From positions 4,742-68,741 of the forward strand of contig JBAZZO010000013.1 of assembly GCA_041658765.1 (NCBI GenBank): DNA of 64,000 bases. The letters are read 5' to 3'. Positions 17,455-27,567 of this stretch are shown here, in pieces. The notes below the pieces were generated by a model. The model saw only the letters and a program-made list of their open reading frames with translations, had not been told where the DNA came from and did not search any database. Within the stretch, counting starts at the first letter, position 1; every line of letters starts with the position of its first letter. A program made the position numbers and the translations under genes. The stretch comes from Coriobacteriia bacterium (GTDB lineage: Bacteria > Actinomycetota > Coriobacteriia > Anaerosomatales > JBAZZO01).

Positions 17455-18270
17455 TTAGGTGAGACCCTTCCACGGCTCGCCGGGAAGACGGGCGATCAGT
17501 TGGTCGTGCACGAGCGACGCTGCGGCGTCGACGTCGTATCCCGCCGGGTCGCGAAGCAGTGGAATCACGTCGACGCGGAAGTCGGAAGACGCGAGCTTTC
17601 CCACCATGTTCGCCTCGAACTCCGCGCGCGAGATCGAAGTCTCCATTCGCGCCAGGTACTCGCCGAGACACTCCATGATGTGCGCCTCATTCAGGTCGAG
17701 GGTGGTGAGTCCGAGCCACAAGTCGTAGAGGTCGCGCCCCTTCCGTCGCTGGAAGAGCGCCCTCATCTTCGTTGCCAACATCTCTTCCAGCGTGAACGTG
17801 GTGACCAGCTCGTCGGCGGAGTGCCACGGGCTCGATACGGCGAACGGCATATGCTGCAGCCCATCGACGCTGAAGTGCTCCCGAGTATTGATCTCCACCT
17901 TCACCCGCATCCGCTGCACGGGCAATGCGGTGGTCTCGAATCGGTAGAGCAGCTTGGCGCTGTCCGGGCGCTGCTCCCAGTTCGGGGCCCCCAGCCACGG
18001 ATCTAGCGCCTCGCGCAGCTCTCCGAGCACCGGGCCGATCGGACCGGCCTCGACCTGCACGAGATCAAGGTCCTCGGAGTAGCGCCCCGGAGGATCGAAG
18101 TGGAGCTTGTGCAGCGCGGTCCCGCCGCGGAAGGCGAGCGCGTGGCGCAGGGATGGACGGCCGAAGATCGCAGTCAGCGCTCTCGACAGGATCAGGTCCT
18201 GCTCGACTTGCTCGTCTTGGGGCCATGGCGCAGAAGCTCTCCACGCCGTGATCTGGGCTCGCGGGATCAC
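17455..18270 (-). CDS. AbiEii/AbiGii-family nucleotidyltransferase toxin (type IV TA)
   Basis: LAFRGGTALHKLHF...RYSEDLDLV is the AbiEii NTase signature. 4-nt overlap with abiEi. Confidence 0.85.
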   Translation of the reverse strand: MIPRAQITAWRASAPWPQDEQVEQDLILSRALTAIFGRPSLRHALAFRGGTALHKLHFDPPGRYSEDLDLVQVEAGPIGPVLGELREALDPWLGAPNWEQRPDSAKLLYRFETTALPVQRMRVKVEINTREHFSVDGLQHMPFAVSSPWHSADELVTTFTLEEMLATKMRALFQRRKGRDLYDLWLGLTTLDLNEAHIMECLGEYLARMETSISRAEFEANMVGKLASSDFRVDVIPLLRDPAGYDVDAAASLVHDQLIARLPGEPWKGLT

Positions 18271-19073
18271 AGATCGATCTCCACTTCCAGGTTCGGGATC
18301 ACACGCCAGGGACTGACTGCATCGGCGCCGGCCCGAGGCGCATCGGGAGCAAGCGCAACCGGCCGATACCGCTTGGAGCCAAGGACGCGGAGCAACGGGT
18401 CGGCGAGCCGGGGCTGGCCCGCTCGGTCCAAGAGGTAGCCGAGGCGCTGGATCTCGGGGGTCTTGCGCAGTTGCGCAACAGAATACAGGGCCTCCGGCTC
18501 AAGGCGCTCGGCGAGTTCAAGCAGCACCGTCGCGACGTTGCTCAAACCACCGCAGGCCGCCGAGAAGCGCACGAGATCGAACGCCGTCGACTCGGGCGTG
18601 GACACGAACATGGTGCCGGTCTCCGTCTGCATCGCGACAGCGGGGGTCTCGGCGACAGAGCCGCTCATGTGGAAGGTGATGCGCGCGCGTCCGGCCACGC
18701 CCTCGCGGGTGGGACGGTCGGTGACGACCTGAAACGTCATCGGCTGCTGATGAGAAGCGCCGTGGATGGCCGCTGCGGATAGCAACCCCACGTAGTAGGG
18801 CTGATCGAGGAACCGCATCAAGTCGTCGATGAACCACGACGGCGGCGAGCCGGCCGTGATGTACTCGGTAGGCACGATCACGTAGAACCCGCGACGCGGA
18901 GTCACTATGCGACCGCGCTTCTTGAGCCGGCGCAGTGCGTTGTCGACCGCTATCTCAGACGTCGGCAGCGCGGCCCGCGCGTCGGCGTGAGAGAACGTGT
19001 AGGTCCCCGTTGCCTGAAGCTGTTCGACGAACGCCGAGACCTCTTCAGGGGCTGTCACTTCTTGAATCGCCAT
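18267..19073 (-). CDS. AbiEi-family antitoxin/transcriptional regulator (type IV TA)
   Basis: N-terminal wHTH region (NALRRLKKRGRIVTPRRGFYVIVP) and C-terminal YYVGLLSAAAIHGASHQQP, typical of AbiEi. Confidence 0.85.
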   Translation of the reverse strand: MAIQEVTAPEEVSAFVEQLQATGTYTFSHADARAALPTSEIAVDNALRRLKKRGRIVTPRRGFYVIVPTEYITAGSPPSWFIDDLMRFLDQPYYVGLLSAAAIHGASHQQPMTFQVVTDRPTREGVAGRARITFHMSGSVAETPAVAMQTETGTMFVSTPESTAFDLVRFSAACGGLSNVATVLLELAERLEPEALYSVAQLRKTPEIQRLGYLLDRAGQPRLADPLLRVLGSKRYRPVALAPDAPRAGADAVSPWRVIPNLEVEIDL

Positions 19074-19240
19074 TTCACTTTCATAAGGTAGCGCTCAACG
19101 CTGCTTTACGCAAGTAGATTGGCGCTTTCAGAAGGAAGTTGAGAGCAACGGGGCATCGAGTGCAATCGGGCAACAAGCCGATGTCGAGGGCCGATCCTCA
19201 GCAACAGGGATTTTTGGGCACCAAGATGGAGCAGAAATGG

Positions 19241-19346
19241 CCTCTGAGCTGCGGTTTTGCTCTCTGCCTAGCCCTCAGAAGGGCACGATTTGTTGCCCGA
19301 TTTCAGGCACGCAAAAGGGATGTGCAATCCTCTGAGCTGCGGTTTT
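19241..19346. repeat. 18-bp perfect direct repeat cctctgagctgcggtttt (19241-19258 and 19329-19346) abutting tRNA-Glu
   Basis: Read directly. The second copy ends 1 nt from the 3' end of tRNA-Glu. gggcaacaa (19168-19176) and ttgttgccc (19290-19298) form an inverted pair. Confidence 0.6.
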
Positions 19347-19347
19347 A

Positions 19348-19423
19348 TGGTGCCCCCAAGGGAATTCGAATCCCTGTTGCCGCCTTGAAAGGGCGGAGTC
19401 CTTGGCCGCTAGACGATGGGGGC
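19348..19423 (-). tRNA. tRNA-Glu (anticodon TTC), CCA encoded
   Basis: The reverse complement reads GCCCCCATCGTCTAGCGGCCAAGGACTCCGCCCTTTCAAGGCGGCAACAGGGATTCGAATTCCCTTGGGGGCACCA. The anticodon loop is CTTTCAA. Confidence 0.9.
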
Positions 19424-19434
19424 ATGTACGCGTG

Positions 19435-19510
19435 TGGTGGGCCGTGTAGGTCTCGAACCTACGACAACCGGATTAAAAGTCCGGTGCTCTGCCAGCTGAG
19501 CTAACGGCCC
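19435..19510 (-). tRNA. tRNA-Lys (anticodon TTT), CCA encoded
   Basis: The reverse complement reads GGGCCGTTAGCTCAGCTGGCAGAGCACCGGACTTTTAATCCGGTTGTCGTAGGTTCGAGACCTACACGGCCCACCA. The anticodon loop is CTTTTAA. Confidence 0.9.
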
Positions 19511-19643
19511 CTTTCAAGAGACGAGGCGGCACGGGACAGCCGCCGACGCACGGGCAAGTGTAGCCAAGCCCGCACGCGACAGTCAACTCGCCGCAGGTAG
19601 TGCACCTAGTAGGGGCGGAATCGATTCGCGTGCCGCAGCACAT

Positions 19644-21197
<1,554 letters not shown>

Positions 21198-21221
21198 CGC
21201 GTTCCCCTCTCCCCTTCGCAC

Positions 21222-22397
21222 CTACTCGATCACTTGCCTCCATGCCGTGCCGGTGACCCGGTACGCCGATATCGCCTTGTTCGAGGTGTCGCCGTCGCCG
21301 TCGAATCGGAACTCGCCGGTGACTCCGTCGAAGGCCATCGAACGCAGCGCGTCGGCGACCTTGGCGCGGTCGGGTCCCGCCTCGAGCACGGCCCGCACCA
21401 GCGCCCACGCACAGTCGTACGCGTAGCTGTCCCATACCTCGGGATCCTGAGAGTACTCCTCGCGGTACGCCGCCTTGAAGTCGGACCCGCGGGGCTGCTG
21501 CTCGAGCGGGAGCCCGAGACTCGTGCAGATGTCGCCAGCGGCGTTCGCCGCGCCGGCGATCCTGATGTACTCGGGCGTATGCAGCACGTCGCCGCCGACG
21601 AGAGGCGTCTTCAGGCCCAGCCCCTTGGCCTGCTTGCTGATGAGCGCACCCTCGGTAGGGGCGCCTCCGTAGTAGATCGCCTGGACCTTCGCCGCCTTCA
21701 TCCTCGCCGTCAAGGCCGAGAAGTCGACGTCCTTCGCGTGGACGGTCTCCCGCAGAACGACCGTCCCGCCGCCGGACTCGAATCGCTCGACGAACTCGGC
21801 GACGAGTCCCTTCCCGTAGGGCGTCGAGTCATCGACGACCCCGACACGGGCGAAACCGAGCTTCTTCCGCATGAGATCGGCCGCGAACGCACCCTGGGCG
21901 TCGTCCTTCGCGACGATGCGGTTCACCACGTCATAGCCCTGAGCCGTGAGCAGAGGGTCCGACGAGACGGAGATCATCGGGACCCCGGCGTCCTGATAGA
22001 CCTTCGATGCGGGGAGGGAGCAACCCGAATCGAAGTGACCCACGACGCCGACGACGTCCGTGTCCGCGACGATGCCGTTCGCGACGCTCACCGCCTGCTT
22101 CGGATCCCCCCGGTCGTCCACGGCGAACAAGTCGAAACGACGTCCCGCGTCGCGCACGTCGCCGGAATCGTTCGCTTCCTTGAGGGCGAGTTCGACGGCA
22201 CGCTTCATGCCGAGACCGTACACCGCTTCGTCGCCCGTGAGCGGGACCGCGAGACCGATCTTGACCGGTGCGGCCCCGGTGGAGGTCCCTTCGAGCGGGA
22301 GCCCCTTCTCGCGAGAGGCGCAGCCCGAGACAGCGAGCACGACGAGGAGCATGCTGGCGACGAGCGCTGCTTGCGTCCGGCGGCGGCGTGCGGGCAT
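21222..22397 (-). CDS. Branched-chain amino acid ABC transporter substrate-binding lipoprotein (LivJ/K-like)
   Basis: Lipobox LAVSGCAS. KIGLAVPLTGDEAVYG...AIVADTDVVGVVGHFDSG is typical of the Peripla_BP_6 family. Confidence 0.8.
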   Translation of the reverse strand: MPARRRRTQAALVASMLLVVLAVSGCASREKGLPLEGTSTGAAPVKIGLAVPLTGDEAVYGLGMKRAVELALKEANDSGDVRDAGRRFDLFAVDDRGDPKQAVSVANGIVADTDVVGVVGHFDSGCSLPASKVYQDAGVPMISVSSDPLLTAQGYDVVNRIVAKDDAQGAFAADLMRKKLGFARVGVVDDSTPYGKGLVAEFVERFESGGGTVVLRETVHAKDVDFSALTARMKAAKVQAIYYGGAPTEGALISKQAKGLGLKTPLVGGDVLHTPEYIRIAGAANAAGDICTSLGLPLEQQPRGSDFKAAYREEYSQDPEVWDSYAYDCAWALVRAVLEAGPDRAKVADALRSMAFDGVTGEFRFDGDGDTSNKAISAYRVTGTAWRQVIE

Positions 22398-22499
22398 CTT
22401 CGCCGTCCCTTCGTACGCGGCTGCCGACGGGTCACGTGCGGAAGGGAGTCCCCCCGGCGCGACTATACCAGCACCGCCCGCGGACGCGGAAGGTCGCGC

Positions 22500-22958
22500 T
22501 CAGATGCAGGACAGCGGGCTGATGAACAGGGTGCACTCGACGAGCGCGCACAACTCGCCGCACGCGTAGACCGAGCGGCGCGCGAAGGTGTCGCGCCGCT
22601 TGGTCAGCGGCGGCACGAGGGGCCTCATCCGGCGTAATCGGCCGCTCTTCTTGTAGATCGCCTCGGCGATGTCGCCCCACTGCTCGACGCACGCCCGCTT
22701 CGCCAAATCCGGGTCTTCCGGGAGAAGCGGGCGGAATCCGCGCTTCATGAGAAGCGCCGAGCCGGCCAACGCCATCGAGCGGCGCATCTCACGATCGGCC
22801 GTCTCGTAGTCGCACCGCTTGTAGGCGGCCCTCGCAAGGCTCGCGGCGTCCCACGCGTCGCGCACCTGCGGAAGCGCCTCGTCCACCGCGGACTCGTCCA
22901 CGACCGCGAGACCTTCCTCGACCCACGCGCTGTAGTCGAAGAGCTTGACCCTGCCCAC
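22500..22958 (-). CDS. Hypothetical protein
   Basis: 152-aa ORF with coding-like composition. No family recognised. Confidence 0.4.
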   Translation of the reverse strand: MGRVKLFDYSAWVEEGLAVVDESAVDEALPQVRDAWDAASLARAAYKRCDYETADREMRRSMALAGSALLMKRGFRPLLPEDPDLAKRACVEQWGDIAEAIYKKSGRLRRMRPLVPPLTKRRDTFARRSVYACGELCALVECTLFISPLSCI

Positions 22959-23020
22959 CGGACGTCCTCCCTTCGGACGCGAGTCCGAGGTGATGATGTC
23001 CCACGCGGACTTACCAGAGT

Positions 23021-23932
23021 CTAAACGGGCTGCTCATCATCGGTGTCTGCAGGAGGCTCGGCATCCGCCTCGAAGTCGAGCTCGGCTTCGGTGGTCTCCT
23101 CGGGGGAGCCCTCCGCTTCCGGTGTGGCCGGACGGCCGCTGCGGTAAGCCCACCAGGCAGCGACGCCGAGGATCACGACGACGGCGAGGAGCGTGCCGAT
23201 GAGACCCCACGAGCGTCCGCCCGCCTGAGGCGCCTGCGCTCCCGCACCACCCGCACCGCCGGTGGCGCCTCCTGCGTCCGTCCCGCCGGGCTGGCCGTCC
23301 GCCGGAGGAACGGGCGGGGTACCGTAGGAGATCTCTAGAACGAATTCCTGCTCGGCTTTGACGTTCTTGAACGCCTTCGCGTACTCGGTCGAACCGGCGA
23401 CTCCCGGCGACGGCGTGAGTCCCTGGATGCCCTTGGGGTTCTTCGCGCCCTGGGGCACTTCGACCGAGAGGACAACGCTGTCCAGGTCCGACGGCGCCTT
23501 CCAGGCGAGCCGCTTGGTCGTGACGCCGTCCTTGACGGTGACGAGATCGGGGGCCTCGACCTCGACCTGCGCGGTGCGGGCCTTCTCCATCTGGAAGACG
23601 ACGTATCCGTAGTCCTTGCCCGGCATCGTGTTGGCCTCGCGCACGATGTCCGTGCCGCCCGCGCCCACCATCTCGCCGACCCACTTCAGGTTCGCCGCCG
23701 GCTCGGCGGGGATGCGCAGCGCCACCTGCACCGGGAGCTTCACGCTGTCCTTCAGCTTCGCGTTGACGACGACGAGGGGTACGCCGATCTTGCTCGTGAC
23801 GAGCTTGACCGTCGTCTGCTTGAAGTTCTGCGCGGGATTCGCTCCCGCGGCGATCGGCGCGGCGAGCGAGCAGAGAAGCGCCAGCAGGGCGACGAGAGCC
23901 GTGATCCGGACACGGGATTGCGTGCGAGACAT
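23021..23932 (-). CDS. Hypothetical surface protein (signal peptide, Gly/Ala/Pro-rich spacer, C-terminal TM, acidic tail)
   Basis: N-terminal ITALVALLALLCSLAAPIAAGA. C-terminal WGLIGTLLAVVVILGVAAWWAY followed by the acidic tail EAELDFEADAEPPADTDDEQPV. Confidence 0.5.
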   Translation of the reverse strand: MSRTQSRVRITALVALLALLCSLAAPIAAGANPAQNFKQTTVKLVTSKIGVPLVVVNAKLKDSVKLPVQVALRIPAEPAANLKWVGEMVGAGGTDIVREANTMPGKDYGYVVFQMEKARTAQVEVEAPDLVTVKDGVTTKRLAWKAPSDLDSVVLSVEVPQGAKNPKGIQGLTPSPGVAGSTEYAKAFKNVKAEQEFVLEISYGTPPVPPADGQPGGTDAGGATGGAGGAGAQAPQAGGRSWGLIGTLLAVVVILGVAAWWAYRSGRPATPEAEGSPEETTEAELDFEADAEPPADTDDEQPV

Positions 23933-23968
23933 GAAGGACCTCCTCAGGGTGTGACCTCGACATTGATA

Positions 23969-24595
23969 TCACACCTCAGGCACTATATGCACCTTTCGGC
24001 CGTCCACGCGCGCACTTCCCGACGCGATCGCCTGGATGGCCAGAGGGTAGAGCTTGTGTTCCACGGCGTGCAGCTTGGCTTCGAGCGTCTCGAGGGTGTC
24101 GTCCTCCGCGACCTCGACGCAGCCCTGCGCGAGTATCGGCCCCTCGTCGAAGACGGCGCTGGCGAAGTGCACGGTCACTCCCGCGACCTTCACGCCGTAG
24201 GCGAACGCGTCGGCGATGCCATGGGCGCCAGGGAACGAGGGGAGCAGCGCCGGGTGGATGTTGAGCACGGCGCCCGGGAAGGCATCGAGCACGACGGACC
24301 CGAGCAGGCGCATGTAACCCGCCATCACCACCAGGCCGACCCCGTGCTCGCGCAGCACGCGCACGATCTCGCCGCTGTACTCGGCGCCCGTGCCGAAGGC
24401 GTCGCGGTCGAGGAAGACCGCCGGGATGCCGGCGCGCCGCGCGCGCTCGAGCCCGAAAGCGTCGGCCACGTTCGAGACGACCACCGCGACGTCCGCTTCG
24501 AGAGAGCCGTCGGCGGATGCGTCGATGATCGCCTGCAGGTTCGTGCCGGAGCCCGAGATAAGGACTCCGAGCCTCAGCCTCTCGCGCGCGACCAC
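23969..24595 (-). CDS. purN: Phosphoribosylglycinamide formyltransferase
   Basis: LGVLISGSGTNLQAIID...VLAGYMRLL...NIHPALLPSFPG...GVTVHF is the PurN signature. Confidence 0.9.
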   Translation of the reverse strand: MVARERLRLGVLISGSGTNLQAIIDASADGSLEADVAVVVSNVADAFGLERARRAGIPAVFLDRDAFGTGAEYSGEIVRVLREHGVGLVVMAGYMRLLGSVVLDAFPGAVLNIHPALLPSFPGAHGIADAFAYGVKVAGVTVHFASAVFDEGPILAQGCVEVAEDDTLETLEAKLHAVEHKLYPLAIQAIASGSARVDGRKVHIVPEV

Positions 24596-24605
24596 CGCGA
24601 CCCCC

Positions 24606-25664
24606 TCAGCCGTAGACGACCCTGCCCGTGCCGGACACGATCTCGCCGATCTCCGTGACCGTCTCGCCCGCCTCCCGCAGAAGACGCGCGGTCCGCGGGC
24701 CGTCCTTGGCGCCGACTATCACGCAGAAGCCGACGCCCATGTTGAACGTGCGGCGCATCTCCTCGTCGTCGATACCCGCTGCCCGCTGGATCAGGCCGAA
24801 GACCGCAGGCGTCTTCCAGGAGCCGCGCGCGAGGAGCGCGTCGCAGTCCTTCGGCAGGGCGCGGTCGAGGTTCTCGGTGATGCCGCCGCCCGTGATGTGC
24901 GCCATCCCCTTCACGGGGACCTCGGCGAGCAGCGCTTGGATGCCGCGCGCGTAGATGCGGGTCGGCGCGAGGAGCGTCTGCGCCAGCGTCGCGCCGCCGA
25001 GGTCGACGCGCGGCAGCTCGAGCTCGGCCTCGTGGCCCTCGACGAGCACCCGCCGCACGAGCGAGAAACCGTTGCTGTGCACGCCCGACGACGCGAGACC
25101 GAGGACGACGTCCCCCGCGCACACGGTCGAGCCGTCGACGATCGCGGATCTGTCGACGACGCCGACGCAGAATCCCGAGAGGTCGTAGTCGTCCGCCGGC
25201 ATGACCCCGGGATGTTCGGCCGTCTCTCCTCCGAGCAGCGCGCAACCGGCCTGGCGGCAACCGTCGGCGATGCCCGAGACGATCGCGGCGACCTTCTCGG
25301 GCACGACACTGCCGATGGCGATGTAGTCGAGGAAGAAGAGCGGCTCCGCGCCGCTGACGAGGACGTCGTTGGCGCACATCGCGACGAGGTCGACGCCGAC
25401 CGTGTCGTGGCGGTCCACCAGCTGCGCGAGCTTCAGCTTCGTCCCGACGCCGTCGGTGCCCGAGACGAGCACCGGCTCCTTCATCCCATCGAGATGGGGC
25501 GCGAACAGCCCTCCGAAGCCGCCGATATCGCCGAGCACCTCGGGGCGGTACGTCGAGCGGACCGCCTCCCGCATCAGGTCGACGGCACGCGCGCCGGCGC
25601 CGATATCGACGCCCGCGTCGCGGTAGGAGACGGGACCGCGCTCGTCGCGGGGGGTATCCGGCAT
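24606..25664 (-). CDS. purM: Phosphoribosylformylglycinamidine cyclo-ligase (AIR synthetase)
   Basis: VSYRDAGVDIGAGARAV...GDIGGFGGLF...GTDGVGTKLKLA...ALLGGETAEHPG. ATG 25664 with GAGGAAGG upstream. Confidence 0.95.
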   Translation of the reverse strand: MPDTPRDERGPVSYRDAGVDIGAGARAVDLMREAVRSTYRPEVLGDIGGFGGLFAPHLDGMKEPVLVSGTDGVGTKLKLAQLVDRHDTVGVDLVAMCANDVLVSGAEPLFFLDYIAIGSVVPEKVAAIVSGIADGCRQAGCALLGGETAEHPGVMPADDYDLSGFCVGVVDRSAIVDGSTVCAGDVVLGLASSGVHSNGFSLVRRVLVEGHEAELELPRVDLGGATLAQTLLAPTRIYARGIQALLAEVPVKGMAHITGGGITENLDRALPKDCDALLARGSWKTPAVFGLIQRAAGIDDEEMRRTFNMGVGFCVIVGAKDGPRTARLLREAGETVTEIGEIVSGTGRVVYG

Positions 25665-25729
25665 GCTCGACCTTCCTCGTGCCGACTTCGCGGACAGCAT
25701 ATCAGAGACGGCCCGGCTCCCTCGCCGCC

Positions 25730-26134
25730 TCAGCCGAGCCCGGCGACGCGCCGCAGACCCGACACCAGGGGGTCGGCCACCGTGGAGAGCGCGACGGAGA
25801 GCGTTCCCGCCACGACGACCGCGGAGAGCCAGCCCGTGCCGTGGGTGACGCGGTGTCCGACGAGCACGCCCGCGCCCGCGGGCAGCGCGTATCCGAGCGC
25901 GAAGCCGGCCGCTCCCCAGAGCGCGACGAACGCCCACCCGGCCCGGGCGAAAGCGAGCGCGCGGACCCCGTCGCCCGCGAGCCACGCGAGGACGAGCACC
26001 GCCCACCCCCACGCGACGCGCGTGCGACCGGCGCGCGGGTGACCGGCGAGCGCGGCGCACGCGATGGACCCGGCGGCGGAGGCGAGAGGGTTGAACGCGG
26101 CGCCGAGCGCGAGCGCCGCGACACCGTCCTTCAC
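25730..26134 (-). CDS. Small hydrophobic membrane protein inside the pur operon
   Basis: GTG at 26134 overlaps the purF stop (GTGA). 134 aa, Ala/Gly/Leu/Trp-rich with about 4 TM segments. Confidence 0.45.
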   Translation of the reverse strand: MKDGVAALALGAAFNPLASAAGSIACAALAGHPRAGRTRVAWGWAVLVLAWLAGDGVRALAFARAGWAFVALWGAAGFALGYALPAGAGVLVGHRVTHGTGWLSAVVVAGTLSVALSTVADPLVSGLRRVAGLG

Positions 26135-27567
26135 GCCTTGCGCTCCAGCGCCATCTTCCCGCGACGGACGGCCTCGGGGATCTCGATGGGGTAGTCGCCG
26201 GTGAAGCAGGCGAGGCAGTAGTCCTCGGCGTCGCGGCCGGTCGCCTCGACCATGTCGTCGACGCCCAGGTACGCGAGCGAGTCGGCGCCGATGAACTCGC
26301 GCACCGCCTCGATCGTCTGTGTCGAAGCGATGAGCTGCTCCTGCGTGTCGGTGTCGATGCCGTAGAAGCACGGCCAGCGCACGGGGGGCGAGGTGATGCG
26401 CATGTGCACCTCGGACGCGCCGGCGTCGCGAAGCAGCGCGACGAGCTTGCGGGTCGTGTTGCCGCGCACGATCGAGTCGTCGACGACGACGAGGCGCTTG
26501 CCCGCGATGGCGTGCCGCAGAGGGTTGAGCTTCAGGCGGATGCCCTGCTGGCGCAGCGACTGCGAGGGCGAGATGAAGGTCCGCCCCACGTAGCGGTTCT
26601 TGATGAGCCCCTCGCCGAACGGGATGCCGCTCTCGATGGCGAACCCGACCGCCGCCGGTGTCCCCGTGTCAGGGACGCCCATCACGAGGTCGGCCTCGAC
26701 GGGCGAGGAACGCGCCATCGCCGCGCCCATGCGCTGTCGCGCCTCGTAGAGCGTACAGTCGTAGAGGACCGAGTCCGGCCTCGCGAAGTAGACGAACTCG
26801 AAGACGCACAGCGAGGGCTTCTCGGACGGCACGCCCTCCTCGGAGATGAGCCCCTCCTCCCCGATCTTCACGATCTCGCCGGCGGCGACGTCGCGCACGA
26901 ATTGGGCGCCGACGATGTCGAGGCCGCAGGTCTCGGAGCTCACGACCCATCCGTCACCGAGACGACCGATCACGAGCGGCCGCACTCCGTGGGGGTCGCG
27001 GAACGCGTAGAGAGCGTGCTCGGAGAGGACGACGACCGAGTACGCTCCCCGCACGAGCCGCATCGTCTCGCGGATCCCGGCCCTGATCGAGCCGTGCTCC
27101 TGCGTGAAGTGGTCGATCAGGCCGGCGATGACCTCGGAGTCGGTCGTCGAGCGGAAGCGGATGCCCCGCTCGCGGAGGTTGTCGCGCAGCTCGACGGTGT
27201 TCACGAGGTTGCCGTTGTGCGCGATGGCGACGGTCTCGTCTCCGACCGCGGAGAGCATAGGCTGCGCGTTCTCCCAGGCGCTCGAAGAGCCTGTCGTCGA
27301 GTAGCGCGTATGGCCTATCGCCACGTAGCCGTCGAGGGAGTCGAGGTCGGACTGCTTGAACGCCTGCGGCACGAGGCCGAGGTCCTTGACGACCGTCAGC
27401 GTCGTCCCGTCGGCGACGGCGATGCCGGCCGACTCCTGTCCGCGGTGCTGGAGAGCGTGGAGCCCGAAGTACGTGAGCCGGCCGACGTCCTCGCCCGGCG
27501 CGAACACTCCGAAGACGCCACACGCCTCCTCGGGGTGATCGGGCCTCTCCTCGTCTTCCATCGTCAT
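26131..27567 (-). CDS. purF: Amidophosphoribosyltransferase
   Basis: Short propeptide, then the catalytic CGVFGVF. GHTRYSTTG. PRTase motif RLVVVDDSIVRGNT. ATG 27567 overlaps the upstream stop (ATGA). Confidence 0.95.
   Translation of the reverse strand: MTMEDEERPDHPEEACGVFGVFAPGEDVGRLTYFGLHALQHRGQESAGIAVADGTTLTVVKDLGLVPQAFKQSDLDSLDGYVAIGHTRYSTTGSSSAWENAQPMLSAVGDETVAIAHNGNLVNTVELRDNLRERGIRFRSTTDSEVIAGLIDHFTQEHGSIRAGIRETMRLVRGAYSVVVLSEHALYAFRDPHGVRPLVIGRLGDGWVVSSETCGLDIVGAQFVRDVAAGEIVKIGEEGLISEEGVPSEKPSLCVFEFVYFARPDSVLYDCTLYEARQRMGAAMARSSPVEADLVMGVPDTGTPAAVGFAIESGIPFGEGLIKNRYVGRTFISPSQSLRQQGIRLKLNPLRHAIAGKRLVVVDDSIVRGNTTRKLVALLRDAGASEVHMRITSPPVRWPCFYGIDTDTQEQLIASTQTIEAVREFIGADSLAYLGVDDMVEATGRDAEDYCLACFTGDYPIEIPEAVRRGKMALERKA

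Noticed and set aside
19139-19504. 121-aa plus-strand ORF
   Set aside because: It overlaps two well-folded tRNA genes (Glu, Lys) on the opposite strand and an intergenic repeat region. No coding signal was seen.
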